Shown one piece after another: positions 10,947 through 24,100 of a stretch of DNA of 64,000 nucleotides. The position numbers and the translations under genes were made by a program. A model generated the notes under the pieces. The model was given only the letters and a program-made list of their open reading frames with translations, ran no database searches and was not told the origin of the DNA. The stretch comes from Antedon mediterranea (Eukaryota > Animalia > Echinodermata). How positions within the stretch are numbered: the stretch's first letter is position 1; every line of letters starts with the position of its first letter. The stretch lies in assembly GCF_964355755.1 (NCBI RefSeq), contig NC_092679.1:19079432-19143431 (forward strand). Reading direction: 5' to 3'.

Positions 10947-13451
10947 ATGAGTTTCAGAAAAGATATGTTACGATACGCCACTCTTGTAATTCTAGCGGTC
11001 ACATTCATAGCAGGACTTTCTGTAATTATTATCACAGCAGAAATAAAAGTAAGTAACGTAGGCAACAAAGTTAAGTAGGCCTATGATATAATTTTTTTAT
11101 TTCTAAGCTAGCAACCACAGGCCTTATTTTCATACTGGTATTGGTTCTAAAAAACAGTCTGCTAGGTGAAGACAATCTTACCTTATGTAGGTTAGAATTT
11201 ATTATTTAGCAATCTTTCTTGTTTGAGTTTCTATTCTAACTTTGTAAAATGGGTTTTGTAGGCCTATGTTTTGTAGTCCTATATTCTGCCTGATCGATGC
11301 CATTTTAGGCTACTTCGGCTACTGTATAAACTAACTATAGAGCCTAAGGTTATGGACTTTGCAAATCCTTGTTGTACCAGGGAGATGTCTCCCTGGTTGT
11401 AAAGTGCGGTAATAAACTGCTGCATGTAAAACGAAAGTAAAACAGATGCTGAGGAATTTCCGGGGGAATTTCCCGCATAGTCAACATACCGACGGACGTT
11501 TTATCATATTACTACTATTATAATTCAGGTTATTATATACCATGGAGGAAAAATCCTCCGTGTATATACATGACAAATTATGAGGCCTAATAACAATTTT
11601 TTTGGTAGGCATATATACGAATCGATTAGTTAGTCCTAATGTAGCATCGCTCATTTTATTTCACAATGCTTATTATCCTCTACCGCTTTAAAAAAAAAAA
11701 GAAGCCTGGGGTAGTACATTATCAATGTTGTTTCCTAGGTTCCTATAGTAAACAATATAACAAACAACTTAATATTAAAAATTACTATTTTCACCTATAT
11801 TTTAAGTACGACGGGGAATGTATGGTTTTGGCTGATGTTGAGTGGAAGTCATCCGAAGGAAGTTCAGTGAACATTTACGTTCTTAATACTTCATCCGCAA
11901 GCTGCTCATTCATTATGGGGTACCAGGGCGTAGCTGTAGCTGTATGTTTGGTCTTTTTTATATATTTCATCTTGTTGCTGAGGAAAGTAGTCGTATACCC
12001 ACGGTAAATTTACTTTTGTTTACCTTTTCCTGAAGATATTAATTATTGAGGTTTGATATGGGTGAGAATTATATCCGGAAAAAACAATGTTTTTTTTTAA
12101 GCGCCGTGCCGTATATCGTCAATTATTAGGTCTTCAATGAACAACTTGCTATAAATTTGACCAAGGCAATCAGACTGCTGTGGAGCTAGCTCTGGAGATC
12201 AAAGGGTTTCATCTGTGGCTGCGATACGATCAGTTCCTCTAACAGACAGAGTTTCGTACTTATTTTTATTGTCAAGGCTCAGCAGTAAAGAAAGATAATT
12301 GTAGAAGAATTTGCAATAATTGAATGCTTCACATTGACTGCTATCGTTATATTTTCTGTCTTCAGGGTTTTGCCGTGGTTTGCATTACTTTGCATTATTG
12401 CGGCCTTGTTCTCGCTCATTTGTGCAACCGTTCTTCATATTGGTCTCCGTAAATTATGTAACGGATTTCTGGAACGATACGAAGGGTAAGTTTCTTTGCA
12501 AAATTTATTTATTTGCATTTATTTTTTCGTAAACTTTCTTATTCCAAAGGAGTCACGATGTTTATCACATATCTTAATCTAAAAAGTAAAGTGAATACCG
12601 TATAATATCAAGTTCTTAAACGAAAATTATTATTTTTTAGTTATACATGTGAGGCGTTTGAATCTGACTATTACGATCGCAAAGGTTTCACCGGACTTTT
12701 CAAAGGCGCACAGGTATCATATTTTCAAAAATATAAGTGTTGAACCTTTTAATTTGCAAAATGCCGTATAAGTATTGTTAAATACACAATGCTATTGAAC
12801 AAAAACCAATAGATGCACTGATTATGTTTCGTTTCGTTTCGTTTATTTTCCACTCATTTAAATGCAACATACGAGTAGGCCTATAGCGTATAATTATTAT
12901 GGGTGGAAGGAGGTCACAGTAAGTTCATTTAAGTCGTGATCCCCGTATCAGTATAATGCTACGGAAGTAAACTAAACTATATTTTAAAAAATGAGGGTAA
13001 CATTTAAATTAAATAAGACAGTAAAAGTTAAGATTAATCAGGAAGTTCGTTGTATGACAATATAATGATAAAACTGATGATACCAATAAGAGTATATAAT
13101 ATGTAATATAATTATAGTGAAGTTTAAATAACATAGTATAAAACCGACTCCAAATAACGAGAGGCAAGCCATGAGTCAACGTTTCATCAGGAATGTGTAT
13201 CTGTATGAATGTCCTAATGATGATCAAATAAAGATCGAAACGTTGAATCATGGCTTACCTCTCGTTGCTTGGAGTCAGCTACTACAGTAATGCTAGTCAA
13301 CAAAGTACCGATAATTATTAAAAATATATTTTGGGTTTTTTTTTATATGTATTTTTTGTTTAATCTCATTTAGGTTACGTCGTGGATATCGTGTGTTTCC
13401 TGGGCCGTAATGGCGATTATACTGTTTGTTCAAGTAAAATATTCCGGATAA
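10947..13451 (+). CDS. TMEM179-like four-pass membrane protein, copy 3 (complete, ~189 aa)
   Basis: Exons 10947-11048, 11807-12003, 12366-12485, 12641-12713 and 13374-13451 join in frame: MSFRKDMLRYATLVILAVTFIAGLSVIIITAEIK-YDGECMVLADVEW...SASCSFIMG...-...GLRKLCNG...-YTCEAFES...AQ-VTSWISCVSWAV. Four hydrophobic segments and a Cys pattern like TMEM179. Confidence 0.72.
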
Positions 13452-13594
13452 GACGAATAGTTTAAAGGAATATTAAACTACTTTTCGTCAAACATGGCCT
13501 TAGACTTCTTTGTGGAGTATTCAAGAGGACAACCACCAAGTACCAAGTATACATGACTGTAATACAACATCACATGTGTTTCACATGTATCTCA

Positions 13595-13900
13595 GTAGGC
13601 CTATCATTACGTGATAGGCACCACATTGATTCAAATGAAATGCTGTATTGCCATATATTCCTATGATAATGGGTAAATATTGTATTGTGTAGAGATACAG
13701 CACTGAGACATATTATGGAATCTCGAACCCATCCACACATGGCCATAAGTACAATCAGACAAGAGGATAAACACCATGTATCTCCTACTAATAGGCCTAT
13801 CATACGTGATAAGGCACCAAATTGATTCAACTGAAATGCTGTATTACCAAATATTTCTATGATAATGGGTAAATATTGTAGTATGTGTGGAGATACAGCG
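13595..13900. repeat. Local direct repeat, period ~198 bp
   Basis: TAGGCCTATCAT..CGTGATA.GGCACCA.ATTGATTCAA...ATGGGTAAATATTGTA...GATACAGC occurs at ~13596 and ~13792. Confidence 0.75.
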
Positions 13901-15106
13901 ATGAGAATCGGGTACCAATGTTCAGTGTACTGACAAATACCCAATATCAGCCTGGTCCTTAACGCCTACTTTTAACTATAAATCAATTCACATATCTAGA
14001 GCACTCCTCAAACCGCCCAGTAATATAATACTGACAAATAATTCGTTTATAACGATGAAGATGAGAAAATCTGTGTCACTTTAGTCTTGTGAAAACTTCG
14101 ACTTATAAGTTTTGGTTTGATAAATTATAATGAAACCTGTAAAGCGGGTGAAATCGCAGTACGTTTCCACAATGGAATTATTTTTTATATTCCTCAGAAA
14201 ATTTATTGTGAAATAGGAAATAAGCTTGTTAAATTCACGAGGCTGCCGTAAAATGTTATTTATAATGGTTCCGTTATTTATTTAGATTTCTGAGTTAGCA
14301 AATTTGCCAATTTGAACTTTTTTGAGGGCTATAAAATATTATTTATTAAGCGGATGTCCAAGATCTAAAGTAAAGAAGACTTGCATTGGTGTAACAGTCC
14401 TCTACACACAATTTGCCATTGTTTCGGTAAAATTTAGCACCTTATCTAAATTTATTGTATTTTATAATATTTTATATTAAGAATTTTTTTAAACAATATG
14501 GTGTTCAAATTTGTCGCCATAATATTAATATGTCAAACCTGGGTATCGTTATAAATGATTAAACTCTGCATTGTCTGAAAATAGTCGTGTTTGAATTAAA
14601 ATGTCTTGCCATTAAAGAAAATAATAAATTACGATCGCTAAATAATTTTTTCGGGAAGCAGGATTTAATTACATCGCGAGAAGCCATGGCATTTCTTTTT
14701 TTTTTTTTCAGATTATGTACTTCCATTTTTACCCAGTATCATGGTGAAAAATATACGTTTTAAATGACGAGGTTGTATAAATCGATAAAGGAGATCTTAC
14801 GATTTGGCTTCGGTAATATTCGTTTAAAAAAGAAGATACAGTATTTTGGCACAAATGCCATGTCATACCTATACTTCAGCTGAAAGGGATTTTTTGGAAA
14901 TCGTCTATTTTATTACGAACAAAAAACGGTGGTGCGTTCTAAAGAAATCATACTGATTAACATGGTATGACATGCAGTTAATATTGCAAGTTGAGGGCAA
15001 TATAACAAAAATTACCAATATTTATAATTGGGGTCAATGGTTCACGCACATACGAATACAAGAACGGGAGACATTGCATGCCGCATAGGAACATTAAAGT
15101 GTAATT

Positions 15107-18100
15107 ATGAGCGATCAAATAACAGAGTTCCTAAAGACGAATTATATCCCCATTACATCAGCTGCAGCTGTCGGTATGTTATATTTATAATTTTTTAAAT
15201 TTAGATAGAGAGACTTCGTACACTCATACTTAGTTAGTGTACTCTAACCATCGCTATTTATTTATGTTTCCAATATTCATGACAAAGAAACGGTGTTAAA
15301 GGTTGCAGAAGACCGGCGTGAAGTTGGTTACTTATTCCTTATTCGATATTCAATTTTTTTTGTGAAGTTGGATCCTTATTCGACATTCACATTCACATGT
15401 ATGGGGCGCAATATGTGTAATATTTTAATTAAATGATTTTATACTTACGGCTTAGATTAAGTAGGGCTATGATTTATAGGGCTATAACTTCGTTGTAAAC
15501 GGCATGGACCGGGATGACGATACATGGGTTCGGGCTAGTAGGGTCCAGTCGTTTCAGAAAAATACCACTTGCCCCGGTCCATGCCGTCTAGTTGTCATTT
15601 TAAGCCATTTTAAAACGTTACTACAATTTAACGTTTTTTTAAATAAAAAATTCAATATAACAGGATGATATATAGGGCTATAATTACGTTATAAACGGCA
15701 TGGACCGGAATGACGATACATGGGTTGGGGCGAGTAGGGTCCAGTCATTTCAGAAAAATACCACTTGCCCCGGTCCATGCCGTCTAGCTGTCATTTTACG
15801 CCATTTTAAAACGTTACCGGTCCTACAATTTAATTTTTAAAAATAAAAAATGCAATATAACCGAATGATTTATAGGGCTATAAATACGTTATAAACGGCA
15901 TGGACCGGGATGACGATACATGGGTTGGGACTAGTAGGGTCCAGTAGTTTAAAAAAAATACCACTTGACCCGGTCCATGCCGTCTAGCTGCCATTTCACG
16001 CCATTTTAAAACCTTACTACAATTTCACGTTTTTATAAAAATTGCAAAATAACCGGATGAAATATAGGGCTATAATTACGTTATAAACGGCATGGACCGG
16101 GATGACGATACATGGGTTGGGGCGAGTAGGGTCCAGTTATTTCAGAAAAATACCTCTTACCCCGGTCCATGCCGTCTAGCTGTCATTTTACGCCATTGTA
16201 AAACGTTACTACAATTTAAGGTTTTCATAAAAAATGCAATGTAAACGTATGATTTATAGGGCTATAATTACGTTATAAACGGCATGGACCGGGATGACGA
16301 TACATGGGTTGGGGCAAGTAGGGTCCAGTCAATTCAGAAAAATACCACTTGCCCCGGTCCATGCTGTCTAGCTATCATTTTACGCCATTTTAAAACGTTA
16401 CTACAATTTAACGGTTTTTTTTATAAAAAATGCAATATAACCGAATGATTTATAGGGCTATAATTACGTTATAAACGGCATGGACCGGGATGACGATACA
16501 TGGGTTGGGGCTAGTAGGGTCCAGTAGTTTCAGAAAAATACCACTTGACCCGGTCCATGCCGTATAGCTGCCATTTCACGCCATTTTAAAACCTTACTAC
16601 AATTTAACGTTTTTATAAAAAATGCAATATAACCGGATGATATATAGGGCTGTAATTACGTTATAAACGGCATGTACCGGGATGACGATACATGGGTTGG
16701 GGCAAGAAGGGTCCAGTCAATTCAGAAAAATACCACTTGCCCCGGTCCATGCCGTCTAGCTATCATTTTACGCCATTTTAAAACGTTACTACAATTTAAT
16801 GTTTTTTTTTTATAAAAAATGCAATATAACCGAATAATTTATAGGGATATAATTACGTTATAAACGGCATGGACCGGGATGACGATACATGGGTTGGGGC
16901 TAGTAGGGTCCAGTAGTTTCAGAAAAATACCACTTGACCCGGTCCATGCCGTCTAGCTGTCATTTTACGCCATTTTAAAACGTTACTACAATTTAAGGTT
17001 TTCATAAAAAATGCAATGTAAACATATGATTTATAGGGCTGTAATTACGTTATAAACGGCATGGACCGGGATGACGATACATGGGTTGGGGCAAGTAGGG
17101 TCCAGTCAATTCAGAAAAATACCACTTGCCCCGGTCCATGCCGTCTAGCTATCATTTTACGCCATTTTAAAACGTTACTACAATTTAACGTTTTTTTTTA
17201 TAAAAATGGAATATAACCGAATGATTAGGGCTATAATTACGTTATAAACGGCATGGACCGGGATGACGATACATGGGTTGGGGCTAGTAGGGTCCAGTCA
17301 ATTCAGAAAAATACCACTTGCCCCGGTCCATGCCGTCTAGCAGTCATTTTACGCCATTTTAAAACGTTACTACAATTTAAGGTTTTCATAAAAAATGCAA
17401 TGTAAACATATGATTTATAGGGCTATAATTACGTTATAAACGGCATGTACCGGGATGACGATACATGGGTTGGGGCAAGTAGGGTCCAGTCAATTCAGAA
17501 AAATACCACTTGCCCCGGTCCATGCCGTCTAGCTGCCATTTTACGCCATTTTAAAACGTTACTACAATTTAATTTTTTTATAAAAAATGCAATTTAACCG
17601 AATGGTTTATAGGGCTATAATTACGTTATAAACGGCATGGACCGGGATAACGATACATGGGTTGGGGCTAGTAGGATCCAGTCGTGTCAGAAAAATACCA
17701 CTTGACCCGGTCCATGCCGTCTAGCGGCCATTTCACGCCATTTTAAAACGTTACTACAATTTAACTTTTTTATAAAAAATGCAATATAACCGAATGATTT
17801 ATAGGGCTATAATTACGTTATAAACGGCATGGACCGGGATAACGATACATGGGTTGGGGCTAGTAAGGTCCAGTCGTTTCAGAAAAATACCACTTGACCC
17901 GGTCCATGCCGTCTAGCGGCCATTTCACGCCATTTTAAAACGTTACTACAATTTAACTTTTTTTATAAAAAATGCAATATAACCGGATGATATATAGGGC
18001 TATAATTACCTTATAAACGGCATGGACCGGGATGACGATACATGGGTTGGTGCGAGTAGGGTCCAGTTATTATAGAAAAGTACCACTTGCCCCGGTCCAT

Positions 18101-21100
18101 GCCGTCTAGCTGTCATTTTACGCCATTTTAAAACGTTACTACAATTTAACGTTTTTAACAATAAAAAATGCACTATAAACGTATGATTTATAGGGCTATA
18201 ATTACGTTATAAACGGCATGGACCGGGATGATGATGCATGGGTTGGGACGAGTAGGGTCTAGTCATTTCGGAAAAATACCACTTGCCCCGGTCCATGCCG
18301 TCTAGCTGTCATTTTACTCCATTTTAAAACGTTACTACAATTTAAGGTTTTCATAAAAAATGCAATGTAAACATATGATTTATAGGGCTATAATTACGTT
18401 ATAAACGGCATGGACCGGGATGACGATACATGGGTTGGGGCAAGTAGGGTCCAGTCAATTCAGAAAAATATTACTTTACCCGGTCCATGCCGTCTAGCTA
18501 TCATTTTACGCCATTTTAAAACGTTACTACAATTTAACGGTTTTTTTTTATAAAAAATGCAATATAACCGAATGATTTATAGGGCTATAATTACGTTATA
18601 AACGGCATGGACCGGGATGAGGATACATGGGTTGGGGCTAGTAGGGTCCAGTCGTTTCAGAAAAATACCACTTGACCCGGTCCATGCCGTCTAGCTGTCA
18701 TTTTACTTCATTTTAAAACGTTACTACAATTTAACGTTTTTAAAATAAAAAATGCAATATAAACGCATGATATAATAGGGCTATAATTACGTTATAAACG
18801 GCATGGACCGGGATGACGATACATGGGTTGGGGCGAGTAGGTTCCAGTCATTTCAGAAAAATACGACTTGCCCCGGTTCATGCCGTCTAGCTGTCATTTT
18901 ACGACATTTTGAAACGTTACTACAATTAAAGTTTTTTTAAATAAAAAATGCAATATAACCGAATGACTTATAGGGCTATAATTACGTTATAAACGGCATG
19001 GACCGGGATGACGATACATGGGTTGGGGCAAGTAGGGTCCAGTCAATTCAGAAAAATATTACTTTACCCGGTCCATGCCGTCTAGCTATCATTTTACGCC
19101 ATTTTAAAACGTTACTACAATTTAACGGTTTTTTTTATAAAAAATGCAATATAACCGAATGATTTATAGGGCTATAATTACGTTATAAACGGCATGGACC
19201 GGGATGAGGATACATGGGTTGGGGCTAGTAGGGTCCAGTCGTTTTAGAAAAATACCACTTGACCCGGTCCATGCCGTCTAGCTGTCATTTTACTCCATTT
19301 TAAAACGTTACTACAATTTAACGTTTTTAAAATAAAAAATGCAATATAAACGCATGATATAATAGGGCTATAATTACGTTATAAACGGCATGGACCGGGA
19401 TGACGATACATGGGTTGGGGCGAGTAGGTTCCAGTCATTTCAGAAAAATACGACTTGCCCCGGTTCATGCCGTCTAGCTGTCATTTTACGACATTTTGAA
19501 ATGTTACTACAATTAAAGTTTTTTTAAATAAAAAATGCAATATAACCGAATGACTTATAGGGCTATAATTACGTTATAAACGGCATGGACCGGGATGACG
19601 ATACATGGGTTGGGGCTAGTAGGGTCCAGTAGTTTCAGAAAAATACCACTTGACCCGGTCCATGCCGTCTAGCTGCCATTTCACGCCATTTTAAAACCTT
19701 ACTACAATTTAACGTTTTTATAAAAAATGCAATATAACCTGATGAAATATAGGGCTATAATTACGTTATAAACGGCATGGACCGGGATGACGGTACATGG
19801 GTTGGGGCGAGTAGGGTCCAGTCATTTAAGAAAAATACCTCTTACCCCGGTCCATGCCGTCTAGCTGTCATTTTACGCCATTTTAAAACGTTACTACAAT
19901 TTAAGGTTTTCATAAAAAATGCAATGTAAACATATGATTTATAGGGCTATAATTACGTTATAAACGGCATGGACCGGGATGACGATACATGGGTTGGGGC
20001 AAGTAGGGTCCAGTCAATTCAGAAAAATACCACTTGACCCGGTCCATGCCGTCTAGCTGCCATTTTACGCCATTTTAAAACGTTACTACAATTTAATTTT
20101 TTTATAAAAAATGCAATTTAACCGAATGATTTATAGGGCTATAATTACGTTATAAACGGCATGGACCGGGATAACGATACATGGGTTGGAGCTAGTAGGA
20201 TCCAGTCGTGTCAGAAAAATACCACTTGACCCGGTCCATGCCGTCTAGCGGCCATTTCACGCCATTTTAAAACGTTACTACAATTTAACTTTTTTATAAA
20301 AAATGCAATATAACCGAATGATTTATAGGGCTATAATTACGTTATAAACGGCATGGACCGGGATAACGATACATGGGTTGGGGCTAGTAAGGTCCAGTCG
20401 TTTCAGAAAAATACCACTTGACCCAGTCCATGCCGTCTAGCGGCCATTTCACGCCATTTTAAAACGTTACTACAATTTAACTTTTTTTATAAAAAATGCA
20501 ATATAACCGGATGATATATAGGGCTATAATTACCTTATAAACGGCATGGACCGGGATGACGATACATGGGTTGGTGCGAGTAGGGTCCAGTTATTATAGA
20601 AAAGTACCACTTGCCCCGGTCCATGCCGTCTAGCTGTCATTTTACGCCATTTTAAAACGTTACTACAATTTAACGTTTTTAACAATAAAAAATGCACTAT
20701 AAACGTATGATTTATAGGGCTATAATTACGTTATAAACGGCATGGACCGGGATGATGATGCATGGGTTGGGACGAGTAGGGTCTAGTCATTTCGGAAAAA
20801 TACCACTTGCCCCGGTCCATGCCGTCTAGCTGTCATTTTACTCCATTTTAAAACGTTACTACAATTTAAGGTTTTCATAAAAAATGCAATGTAAACATAT
20901 GATTTATAGGGCTATAATTACGTTATAAACGGCATGGACCGGGATGACGATACATGGGTTGGGGCAAGTAGGGTCCAGTCAATTCAGAAAAATATTACTT
21001 TACCCGGTCCATGCCGTCTAGCTATCATTTTACGCCATTTTAAAACGTTACTACAATTTAACGGTTTTTTTTTATAAAAAATGCAATATAACCGAATGAT

Positions 21101-24100
21101 TTATAGGGCTATAATTACGTTATAAACGGCATGGACCGGGATGAGGATACATGGGTTGGGGCTAGTAGGGTCCAGTCGTTTCAGAAAAATACCACTTGAC
21201 CCGGTCCATGCCGTCTAGCTGTCATTTTACTTCATTTTAAAACGTTACTACAATTTAACGTTTTTAAAATAAAAAATGCAATATAAACGCATGATATAAT
21301 AGGGCTATAATTACGTTATAAACGGCATGGACCGGGATGACGATACATGGGTTGGGGCGAGTAGGTTCCAGTCATTTCAGAAAAATACGACTTGCCCCGG
21401 TTCATGCCGTCTAGCTGTCATTTTACGACATTTTGAAACGTTACTACAATTAAAGTTTTTTTAAATAAAAAATGCAATATAACCGAATGACTTATAGGGC
21501 TATAATTACGTTATAAACGGCATGGACCGGGATGACGATACATGGGTTGGGGCAAGTAGGGTCCAGTCAATTCAGAAAAATATTACTTTACCCGGTCCAT
21601 GCCGTCTAGCTATCATTTTACGCCATTTTAAAACGTTACTACAATTTAACGGTTTTTTTTATAAAAAATGCAATATAACCGAATGATTTATAGGGCTATA
21701 ATTACGTTATAAACGGCATGGACCGGGATGAGGATACATGGGTTGGGGCTAGTAGGGTCCAGTCGTTTTAGAAAAATACCACTTGACCCGGTCCATGCCG
21801 TCTAGCTGTCATTTTACTCCATTTTAAAACGTTACTACAATTTAACGTTTTTAAAATAAAAAATGCAATATAAACGCATGATATAATAGGGCTATAATTA
21901 CGTTATAAACGGCATGGACCGGGATGACGATACATGGGTTGGGGCGAGTAGGTTCCAGTCATTTCAGAAAAATACGACTTGCCCCGGTTCATGCCGTCTA
22001 GCTGTCATTTTACGACATTTTGAAATGTTACTACAATTAAAGTTTTTTTAAATAAAAAATGCAATATAACCGAATGACTTATAGGGCTATAATTACGTTA
22101 TAAACGGCATGGACCGGGATGACGATACATGGGTTGGGGCTAGTAGGGTCCAGTAGTTTCAGAAAAATACCACTTGACCCGGTCCATGCCGTCTAGCTGC
22201 CATTTCACGCCATTTTAAAACCTTACTACAATTTAACGTTTTTATAAAAAATGCAATATAACCTGATGAAATATAGGGCTATAATTACGTTATAAACGGC
22301 ATGGACCGGGATGACGGTACATGGGTTGGGGCGAGTAGGGTCCAGTCATTTAAGAAAAATACCTCTTACCCCGGTCCATGCCGTCTAGCTGTCATTTTAC
22401 GCCATTTTAAAACGTTACTACAATTTAAGGTTTTCATAAAAAATGCAATGTAAACATATGATTTATAGGGCTATAATTACGTTATAAACGGCATGGACCG
22501 GGATGACGATACATGGGTTGGGGCAAGTAGGGTCCAGTCAATTCAGAAAAATACCACTTGACCCGGTCCATGCCGTCTAGCTGCCATTTTACGCCATTTT
22601 AAAACGTTACTACAATTTAATTTTTTTATAAAAAATGCAATTTAACCGAATGATTTATAGGGCTATAATTACGTTATAAACGGCATGGACCGGGATAACG
22701 ATACATGGGTTGGAGCTAGTAGGATCCAGTCGTGTCAGAAAAATACCACTTGACCCGGTCCATGCCGTCTAGCGGCCATTTCACGCCATTTTAAAACGTT
22801 ACTACAATTTAACTTTTTTATAAAAAATGCAATATAACCGAATGATTTATAGGGCTATAATTACGTTATAAACGGCATGGACCGGGATAACGATACATGG
22901 GTTGGGGCTAGTAAGGTCCAGTCGTTTCAGAAAAATACCACTTGACCCAGTCCATGCCGTCTAGCGGCCATTTCACGCCATTTTAAAACGTTACTACAAT
23001 TTAACTTTTTTTATAAAAAATGCAATATAACCGGATGATATATAGGGCTATAATTACCTTATAAACGGCATGGACCGGGATGACGATACATGGGTTGGTG
23101 CGAGTAGGGTCCAGTTATTATAGAAAAGTACCACTTGCCCCGGTCCATGCCGTCTAGCTGTCATTTTACGCCATTTTAAAACGTTACTACAATTTAACGT
23201 TTTTAACAATAAAAAATGCACTATAAACGTATGATTTATAGGGCTATAATTACGTTATAAACGGCATGGACCGGGATGATGATGCATGGGTTGGGACGAG
23301 TAGGGTCTAGTCATTTCGGAAAAATACCACTTGCCCCGGTCCATGCCGTCTAGCTGTCATTTTACTCCATTTTAAAACGTTACTACAATTTAAGGTTTTC
23401 ATAAAAAATGCAATGTAAACATATGATTTATAGGGCTATAATTACGTTATAAACGGCATGGACCGGGATGACGATACATGGGTTGGGGCAAGTAGGGTCC
23501 AGTCAATTCAGAAAAATATTACTTTACCCGGTCCATGCCGTCTAGCTATCATTTTACGCCATTTTAAAACGTTACTACAATTTAACGGTTTTTTTTATAA
23601 AAAATGCAATATAACCGAATGATTTATAGGGCTATAATTACGTTATAAACGGCATGGACCGGGATGAGGATACATGGGTTGGGGCTAGTAGGGTCCAGTC
23701 GTTTCAGAAAAATACCACTTGACCCGGTCCATGCCGTCTAGCTGTCATTTTACTCCATTTTAAAACGTTACTACAATTTAACGTTTTTAAAATAAAAAAT
23801 GCAATATAAACGCATGATATAATAGGGCTATAATTACGTTATAAACGGCATGGACCGGGATGACGATACATGGGTTGGGGCGAGTAGGTTCCAGTCATTT
23901 CAGAAAAATACGACTTGCCCCGGTTCATGCCGTCTAGCTGTCATTTTACGACATTTTGAAACGTTACTGCAATTAAAGTTTTTTTAAATAAAAAATGCAA
24001 TATAACCGAATGACTTATAGGGCTATAATTACGTTATAAACGGCATGGACCGGGATGACGATACATGGGTTGGGGCGAGTAGGGTTCAGTCGTTTCAGAA

